From positions 1 to 62,887 of IMG/VR virus record IMGVR_UViG_3300032006_002789: 62,887 bases of DNA; one strand, 5' to 3'. This DNA is from a virus (taxonomy: Duplodnaviria; Caudoviricetes). Every line of letters begins with the position of its first letter. Within the stretch, counting starts at the first letter, position 1. The position numbers and the translations under genes were made by a program. The notes beneath the pieces were generated by a model that searched no databases, was not told the DNA's origin, and saw nothing but the letters and a program-made list of their open reading frames with translations. This document shows positions 57,764-62,887 of the stretch, piece after piece.

Positions 57764-57952
57764 ATGAGCGATGACAACGGCAGCACTAAAGAGTTTGGAG
57801 ATTGGTGCAAGAAAAAAAAGATTGGAATGAAGGGTGAAAACGGAAAGGGAGATTCCCGCCGACCAGTAGACGAAGACATCTACAGGTCTAATTATGATAG
57901 AATTTTTCGAAAACCCAAAAATCAAGAAAAAAAAATTCAGAAAAATCATTGA
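57764..57952 (+). CDS. Small hypothetical protein
   Basis: GKGDSRRP...Y..NYD.IF motif, familiar from small phage ORFs. Confidence 0.75.
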   Translation: MSDDNGSTKEFGDWCKKKKIGMKGENGKGDSRRPVDEDIYRSNYDRIFRKPKNQEKKIQKNH

Positions 57953-57955
57953 GCA

Positions 57956-58123
57956 GTGGACGATAGACAAAAAAGGTACGCAGGCACACCTAAGGGGGAG
58001 AAAGCGATACAGCGCGCAAGAGAAGCATATGACAAAAGAGATTTAGAGAGAAGGCGAAAGCAAAAGCGGGAATATATGCGAAGAAAGAGAGAACAGGATC
58101 CAGGATACTGTAAGTGGAAATAA
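57956..58123 (+). CDS. Small basic protein (55 aa), not in the ORF track
   Basis: GTG start; MDDRQKRYAGTPKGEKAIQRAREAYDKRDLERRRKQKREYMRRKREQDPGYCKWK. Confidence 0.65.
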   Translation: MDDRQKRYAGTPKGEKAIQRAREAYDKRDLERRRKQKREYMRRKREQDPGYCKWK

Positions 58124-58154
58124 TACATTTTAGCAAACCGCTCGCAGAAATGGC

Positions 58155-58183
58155 TTGACTTTTGTCAAATAATTTGCTATACT
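58155..58183 (+). promoter_or_regulatory. Sigma70-type promoter (extended -10)
   Basis: TTGACT-17 nt-(TGc)TATACT. Confidence 0.8.
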
Positions 58184-58193
58184 GTTATCTATT

Positions 58194-58778
58194 ATGAAAA
58201 TGCACCCAGAAGATAAAACTGGAGACTGCTATCGACGCGGTTTGCAGGCAGAAGAAATTTTTACAGATATTATGGAGAGTAACGGATATGCCGCCAGGCA
58301 AGCTACTCCACATGAGGACGGAAGAAAGCATATAGATACTTTTCTCGAAAAAGACGGTGAAACCCACAGCTATCAAGTAAAAGGGTTAAGGAAGTTTTTT
58401 CGGAGAAGCAAATATTACAACAACTCTCATGCTCTTTTGGAAATATCAAAAAATCAAGGAAAGCGAGACGGCACAGCTTTTACCACAGAATCAGACTATA
58501 TGGTCTTTTTCAGAAAAGGCGAGTTTTTAGTTTTTTCAACAAAAGGACTGCGCGAGGTTTGCGAGAAATACGTAAAATTCAATGAAAGCGTGGGATATAA
58601 TGATTATGAAGATTTTAAGCTAAAATTAAGAAAAAGTGGAGGATGGAATGGCCGAGCAAAGAGAATTGAAGAGCTTACCATAATTCCCTATTCCTTTCTT
58701 AAGGAAAAGTTGAAATATAAAAGGTACGAACATTCGTATTATAAAAACTATAAAACACAAGATATTTGCGAGAGTTAG
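58194..58778 (+). CDS. PD-(D/E)XK-family endonuclease
   Basis: G..AEE.F, ED..KHID.F, SYQVKG, LLEI: E...D...(Q)xK catalytic pattern. Confidence 0.7.
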   Translation: MKMHPEDKTGDCYRRGLQAEEIFTDIMESNGYAARQATPHEDGRKHIDTFLEKDGETHSYQVKGLRKFFRRSKYYNNSHALLEISKNQGKRDGTAFTTESDYMVFFRKGEFLVFSTKGLREVCEKYVKFNESVGYNDYEDFKLKLRKSGGWNGRAKRIEELTIIPYSFLKEKLKYKRYEHSYYKNYKTQDICES

Positions 58779-58805
58779 AGAAAATGATTTAGTGTACATA
58801 TAAAT

Positions 58806-59036
58806 GTGATAAGATTTTTGCCAATGCTGCTTTTATGTGGTTGTGTTACTACCCACGACCCTCAGCCAGCAGATACGGAATTTGATGAGAGTAAAAGGGA
58901 TTGGCTAGAAGTTTATAGACACGAAATTAAGGCTGCGGTAGAGAACGAAGACGAAGGAGCTTATCATTTTTTCTTTCAACAGTATATGAGAGAGCGAATT
59001 CGTCAGTATAAAGAGCAACGGAGCAATGCTGAGTAA
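58806..59036 (+). CDS. Putative lipoprotein
   Basis: Short signal with lipobox-like LLLCGC; GTGTA 9 nt upstream of GTG. Confidence 0.7.
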   Translation: MIRFLPMLLLCGCVTTHDPQPADTEFDESKRDWLEVYRHEIKAAVENEDEGAYHFFFQQYMRERIRQYKEQRSNAE

Positions 59037-59202
59037 GTATACAGGCAGAGGCAAATTATGTATTATCCTTATGTGTACGAACGTTTTACTAGCTTTTTTT
59101 AATGCTTATTTTAATAATTTAAGTTGTTTTTTTAATTTTGGTATTGCTTTTTTTTGCTGGATCGGCAGTCGGCATAATCTATCAATAAAGACAAAGAGGT
59201 GA
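59026..59202 (+). CDS. Small membrane protein (58 aa), not in the ORF track
   Basis: MLSKYTGRGKLCIILMCTNVLLAFFNAYFNNLSCFFNFGIAFFCWIGSRHNLSIKTKR; two hydrophobic segments, basic ends. Confidence 0.55.
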   Translation: MLSKYTGRGKLCIILMCTNVLLAFFNAYFNNLSCFFNFGIAFFCWIGSRHNLSIKTKR

Positions 59203-59323
59203 GTCGAAAAACCTCCCAGAAGAGCATTTTCGTGTAAATAATAGCGTAGAGGAACAAGTTTGCGTAACAAAAATTATTGCGAAGATATACTATAATAATA
59301 ACCCTAATTGGAGGAAATATGCT

Positions 59324-59431
59324 ATGATGGAATACATCGATTGTGCCATGTTCATGTTCTGTGGAATGCTTATTGAGGCATACACAGGATTCATGTACAA
59401 GCTTCTTGTAAAGCTAGGCTTAAAAAAATAA
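59324..59431 (+). CDS. Small hydrophobic peptide (35 aa), not in the ORF track
   Basis: GGAGG RBS 9 nt upstream; MMEYIDCAMFMFCGMLIEAYTGFMYKLLVKLGLKK; followed by a terminator. Confidence 0.7.
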   Translation: MMEYIDCAMFMFCGMLIEAYTGFMYKLLVKLGLKK

Positions 59432-59451
59432 TCCTGAAACAGGAAACTTAT

Positions 59452-59482
59452 AAGGAACCCCCTTCCGAGGGGGTTTCTTTTT
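59452..59482 (+). terminator. Rho-independent terminator
   Basis: AAGGAACCCCCT-TCCG-AGGGGGTTTCTT followed by a T-tract. Confidence 0.85.
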
Positions 59483-59497
59483 GTGTACAATAAAAGC

Positions 59498-59734
59498 ATG
59501 AAGGATCGGCTTGCAATTTATGGGGTAATACTTGTAGCCTTTTATATAGGAACTTACATATGGAATCAGAAAGAAGGCATAAACCTTTTAAAAGAGCAAA
59601 TAATTGAATACGACTCAACATTAAAAAAGCAAAGAGAATTAATTAACGCTCAAGAAGAATATATTAAGTTTTTAGAGAGAGGGTCTTCCCCGTTTTATCG
59701 AGACCGCATTCCTAAATATAATCAACCTATTTAA
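59498..59734 (+). CDS. Membrane-anchored coiled-coil protein
   Basis: N-terminal TM (LAIYGVILVAFYIGTYIW) then heptad-like region; ATG 59498 lies 10 nt after GTGTA, so the track's GTG at 59483 is part of the motif. Confidence 0.75.
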   Translation: MKDRLAIYGVILVAFYIGTYIWNQKEGINLLKEQIIEYDSTLKKQRELINAQEEYIKFLERGSSPFYRDRIPKYNQPI

Positions 59735-59740
59735 AATAAA

Positions 59741-60535
59741 ATGAAAATCAAGAGGAAGATTTTAATTATGGGGTTACCTGGTTCAGGGAAAACCACTCTA
59801 GCAGAACTGCTAGTACCTCGCTTGAATGCGGTATGGTTTAATGCCGACATGGTGAGAAATGAGATAAATAAAGACCTTGGCTTTACAAAGGAAGACAGGG
59901 AAGAGCAAGCAAGAAGAATGGGGCTTTTATGTGACTGGGTTACTGAAAGCGGTCAATACGCAGTTGCGGACTTTATTTGCCCAACGCCAGATACAAGAAA
60001 AATTTTTAATGCAGACATAGTTATATGGGTGGACAGGATAAAGGAGGGCAGGTTCGAGAATACGAATAAAATATTCGAAGCTCCCAAAAACCCTGACATG
60101 ATCCTCAAAGAGGGGAGTCCCAAAGAGTGGTGCGAAAAAGTTTTAGAATATATCAAGAAATCAGAAGACTGGGACGATCAAGCCCCTACGGCTCTTTTAA
60201 TAGGTAGATATCAACCTTTTCATGATGGACATAAGGCTCTTGTAGCAGAAGCCATTAAACGCACGGGGCAATGCTGTATAGCGCTTAGAAATGTCGGAGG
60301 AAAAGATGATGACAATCCTTATGATTTCAATGAGGTTAAAGCAAACATTAAAGCGGCATGCATAGAATTTGGAAACAAGTTAAATGTCATAGAGATACCA
60401 AATATAATGGATGTATTTTATGGTCGAGGAGTAGGCTATAATATAGAAATGATAGAATTGAGCGATGAACTCAAAAGCATTTCTGCAACAAAAATTCGAA
60501 AAGGAGAGATCGACGAACACGGAAATAAAGCTTGA
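59741..60535 (+). CDS. cysC: Adenylyl-sulfate (APS) kinase-like domain fused to an HxGH nucleotidyltransferase domain
   Basis: GLPGSGKTT, NAD.VR...DLGFT.EDR.EQARR, FICPT, FEAP; C-terminal GRYQPFHDGH...ISATKIR. Confidence 0.8.
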   Translation: MKIKRKILIMGLPGSGKTTLAELLVPRLNAVWFNADMVRNEINKDLGFTKEDREEQARRMGLLCDWVTESGQYAVADFICPTPDTRKIFNADIVIWVDRIKEGRFENTNKIFEAPKNPDMILKEGSPKEWCEKVLEYIKKSEDWDDQAPTALLIGRYQPFHDGHKALVAEAIKRTGQCCIALRNVGGKDDDNPYDFNEVKANIKAACIEFGNKLNVIEIPNIMDVFYGRGVGYNIEMIELSDELKSISATKIRKGEIDEHGNKA

Positions 60536-60560
60536 CATTGAGGCGGAGATATGTTACTAT
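60532..60560 (+). promoter_or_regulatory. Sigma70-type promoter (extended -10)
   Basis: TTGACA-17 nt-(TGt)TACTAT, overlapping the upstream stop codon. Confidence 0.8.
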
Positions 60561-60570
60561 TTACGCATAA

Positions 60571-60885
60571 ATGAAAATAACAAAAGAGCTAAAATATGCC
60601 TCATTTGAATGGGACGATGAACTCAAAGAGTTTACGATTGATACCAGAAACCAAATAGGAGGCAATGTTATTACCTTAAATAAGGTCTATTCTTTTGCCT
60701 TTATGAGGTTCGTAATAAGAATGGCCCAGCGAAATTGGTATAGAAAAACGAAAGATAATTCTTTAAAGAAGCCCGAAAAGGATCCAGTTGATTTGGCGGA
60801 TCATCCATGGGAGAATCCAGACCAAATGACGCTAGAGGAGCTTGATGCGTTTGATGCAATTAACCTAGATAAAACTCCATTTTAA
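60571..60885 (+). CDS. Hypothetical protein
   Basis: 104-aa ORF after a promoter. Confidence 0.8.
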   Translation: MKITKELKYASFEWDDELKEFTIDTRNQIGGNVITLNKVYSFAFMRFVIRMAQRNWYRKTKDNSLKKPEKDPVDLADHPWENPDQMTLEELDAFDAINLDKTPF

Positions 60886-60886
60886 T

Positions 60887-61105
60887 ATGACAAATCGAGA
60901 AATACAAGAAGAAATTCAAGCAAATGTTAAAAATCTATTAAAAGGACCGCCAGAGCTTCTGAGGGCGTTAGCAAAACGCGCGAATGAAGCGGAGCAAAGC
61001 GTTGCCTATTTTGCTAAGATTAAAGATAAAAATCGAGTAAGATATGAAATGCACAGTTTCCTTAAATGGCTTAAGAAGACGATGCAAGAACGAGGGCAAT
61101 ATTAA
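60887..61105 (+). CDS. Hypothetical protein
   Basis: 72 aa, tightly packed. Confidence 0.75.
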   Translation: MTNREIQEEIQANVKNLLKGPPELLRALAKRANEAEQSVAYFAKIKDKNRVRYEMHSFLKWLKKTMQERGQY

Positions 61106-61107
61106 AA

Positions 61108-61356
61108 ATGGATAATTATAATTATGAAATCTTCTTAAGTGACTCCTCGGATGATTATCCAAAATATGGAGACGTAAAGGAAAATAATTCATCAAACAAG
61201 CCAGAAGATTTAACCAAAGAATCTTTTAAGGAAGTTATTAGATTAGCTAGGTCTGGAGTTCAATCTTGGTGGACGGAAAAATATAAAAATTCAGCGGAAA
61301 CGGCAATTTCGAACGTGGAGAGGTATATTGAGAAAAATATCTTCAAAACAAGTTGA
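61108..61356 (+). CDS. Hypothetical protein
   Basis: 82 aa, tightly packed. Confidence 0.7.
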   Translation: MDNYNYEIFLSDSSDDYPKYGDVKENNSSNKPEDLTKESFKEVIRLARSGVQSWWTEKYKNSAETAISNVERYIEKNIFKTS

Positions 61357-61543
61357 AGCTCTAACTGATCTTGCAGAGCAAAAGGAAGTAATTTTTAAAT
61401 TATTTGAAGATCAAATAAAATGGGATTGCTTTTATGCGCATAAATATGCGTCCCATGCAGAAGCTTCAAAAGAGTATTATGACCACTGTATCGAATTGAA
61501 AAAAGCCCTTAACATACTAAAATATATACTAGAGAAGATATGA
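61328..61543 (+). CDS. Hypothetical protein
   Basis: 71 aa, overlapping neighbours; start uncertain. Confidence 0.6.
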   Translation: MRKISSKQVEALTDLAEQKEVIFKLFEDQIKWDCFYAHKYASHAEASKEYYDHCIELKKALNILKYILEKI

Positions 61544-61767
61544 AAGAAAAAATAAAAGAATTTAGAATAAAAAGATCCGAAGAAGGAGCGGACATTGTTC
61601 AGTTCCGATATTTTAACGCATTTACGGCAGAAGAGGCATTGAATTATGAGCTTGCGGTAAGAGCAAAAGAAGGAGATGACAAACCAGTGGCTTTACTGGA
61701 AGAATACAATCCTTATTCGGATAAATGGACCAAGATCAACTTAAATGAATGCGGAAGAACATCATGA
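61540..61767 (+). CDS. Hypothetical protein
   Basis: ATGA-coupled; motif shared with 53503..53715. Confidence 0.75.
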   Translation: MKEKIKEFRIKRSEEGADIVQFRYFNAFTAEEALNYELAVRAKEGDDKPVALLEEYNPYSDKWTKINLNECGRTS

Positions 61768-62014
61768 GGCGATGCAAGAAGGGATCTTCAGGGCCTCTTT
61801 AATCAAAAAAGATTTGCAAAAACATCCCACAGAATATTATCCCGAAAAAGTGAGAGCTTTAAATAAAGCTTATATAGAAACTGCGAGAGAAATAATCAGA
61901 CAAGGGGAGCTTTTTTTAGATAAAACAGAAAATTTTGACCTTGGATTAAAGGTAGTGCAGATTGTGGAAAATTATAGAGCTTTACTCTCAACACTGGGAC
62001 TCAATGATGACTGA
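61745..62014 (+). CDS. Hypothetical protein
   Basis: 89 aa, helical. Confidence 0.7.
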   Translation: MNAEEHHEAMQEGIFRASLIKKDLQKHPTEYYPEKVRALNKAYIETAREIIRQGELFLDKTENFDLGLKVVQIVENYRALLSTLGLNDD

Positions 62015-62276
62015 AACAAAATTTATTAAATGCGAGTGTCACGGAGAAGGTATGGGCATAGACTACGATGCGGAAGATGACTATTATTATTTTTCATATT
62101 GGAGCTATGGACTGTCAAATAAAAAATTATCATGGAAGGATAGGTTGAGGCATTGCTGGCACGTATTAAGAAAAGGAAAGGCTTTTGAGGATGAGATTAT
62201 CTTAAATTCAAAAAAAGCAAATGAGCTTTGCAATTGGATTATGGCAACAGAATCAAACAAGCATTTGGGTGAATAA
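62004..62276 (+). CDS. Hypothetical protein with CxC motif
   Basis: FIKCECHGE...LSWKDRLRHCWHVL..G...DEIIL; ATG 62004 preferred over 61962. Confidence 0.75.
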   Translation: MMTETKFIKCECHGEGMGIDYDAEDDYYYFSYWSYGLSNKKLSWKDRLRHCWHVLRKGKAFEDEIILNSKKANELCNWIMATESNKHLGE

Positions 62277-62478
62277 ATTATTCAAAAAGCCTCACGCCGA
62301 ATCAATAGGAAGATATACGGTCAACATAGACAAGGAAGATCTACTGGAAATTTATACAAAAAAATGGGTATTAAAGTGGTGTAAAGAAAACCATCCAGAA
62401 AAATTCGAAGAAGGGAAAAAATTTATCGAGGGCCTAATCAACAAAGAAGAAGGTATAATCTTAAATGAGAAGCGATAA
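62269..62478 (+). CDS. Hypothetical protein
   Basis: Likely GTG start at 62269 (track start 62221). Confidence 0.65.
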   Translation: MNKLFKKPHAESIGRYTVNIDKEDLLEIYTKKWVLKWCKENHPEKFEEGKKFIEGLINKEEGIILNEKR

Positions 62479-62887
62479 TCCAAAAATAGGAATAACTTTT
62501 TCTACCTTTGACTTGCTTCATGCAGGTCACATTTCTATGTTAAAGGAAGCGAAGTCTGTGTGCGATTATTTAATTTGCGGACTTCATGTTAACCCCCAGA
62601 TAGAACGGCCCCAAAAAAATAAGCCAATACAGAATCTAATTGAAAGATATATTCAGTTAAGTGCGGTAAAATATGTCGATGAGATTATCCCTTATTGTCT
62701 AGAGAGCGAATTAAGAGAAATTCTTTTAGCTTTTCCAATTGATGTCCGAATTATTGGATCGGACTATAAAGATGATGGCTTTACTGGTAAAAACATTTGC
62801 AGAACAAAAGGTATAGAAATTTATTATAATAAAAGAGACCATAGCTTCTCAAGTACAGAATTAAGAGAGAGAATTAAGGGGGCATAG
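62465..62887 (+). CDS. Cytidylyltransferase-like protein (glycerol-3-phosphate cytidylyltransferase TagD / RfaE-II family)
   Basis: ITFSTFDLLHAGH, CDYLICGL, KNKPIQ...ER, KYVDEIIPY, GSDY, HSFSSTELR. Confidence 0.9.
   Translation: MRSDNPKIGITFSTFDLLHAGHISMLKEAKSVCDYLICGLHVNPQIERPQKNKPIQNLIERYIQLSAVKYVDEIIPYCLESELREILLAFPIDVRIIGSDYKDDGFTGKNICRTKGIEIYYNKRDHSFSSTELRERIKGA

Larger units (their letters stand above)
1..62887. mobile_element. Segment of a large tailed bacteriophage genome (siphovirus-type tail module plus accessory region); no integrase, capsid, portal or terminase in this window
   Basis: Lambda-like tail-tip homologues, tape measure protein, S74 tail fibre, dense small ORFs, phage-type nucleotide genes, tRNA and tmRNA; no bacterial housekeeping operons. 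Confidence 0.95.

Noticed and set aside
1-62887. Genome-wide stop-codon reassignment
   Set aside because: Very long ORFs are intact in the standard code and TAA, TGA and TAG all end recognisable proteins at plausible positions

Overview
The whole window looks like part of a large, AT-rich dsDNA tailed phage with a long non-contractile (siphovirus-type) tail; I see no host housekeeping context. Positions 1-48.5 kb are a virion morphogenesis region split across both strands. It holds a lambda-like tail-tip set (gpM-like, gpL-like, JAB-only gpK, a gpI-gpJ fusion, then a 3937-aa continuation), a 2790-aa tape measure protein, two paralogous putative tail chaperones, neck genes, several paralogous tail-tube-like genes and two fibre genes, one with a C-terminal peptidase-S74 chaperone. 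Positions 48.5-62.9 kb are an accessory region driven by sigma70-type promoters. It encodes an NDT-family protein, GMP reductase (guaC), a GNAT + degenerate citrate-synthase-like + unknown trio, a DUF736-like protein, a complete tmRNA, dCMP deaminase, PD-(D/E)XK nucleases, an outer-membrane beta-barrel + small membrane protein cassette, tRNA-Thr(UGU), an APS-kinase/nucleotidyltransferase fusion and a cytidylyltransferase. The main leads are: (i) the tape measure protein looks like a polyprotein, with a nuclease-like domain bracketed by repeated G-[FYI]-IPN[FY] motifs; (ii) the tail appears to be built from tandem-duplicated subunits; (iii) a fibronectin-III domain is split across two genes; (iv) a recurring GTGTA promoter-like motif and a GGNAYAAGG motif sit at structural gene starts; (v) the porin cassette; (vi) a Trp-rich domain hints at a Verrucomicrobiota (Opitutales) host. 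All family calls come from motif recognition by eye; no searches were run.
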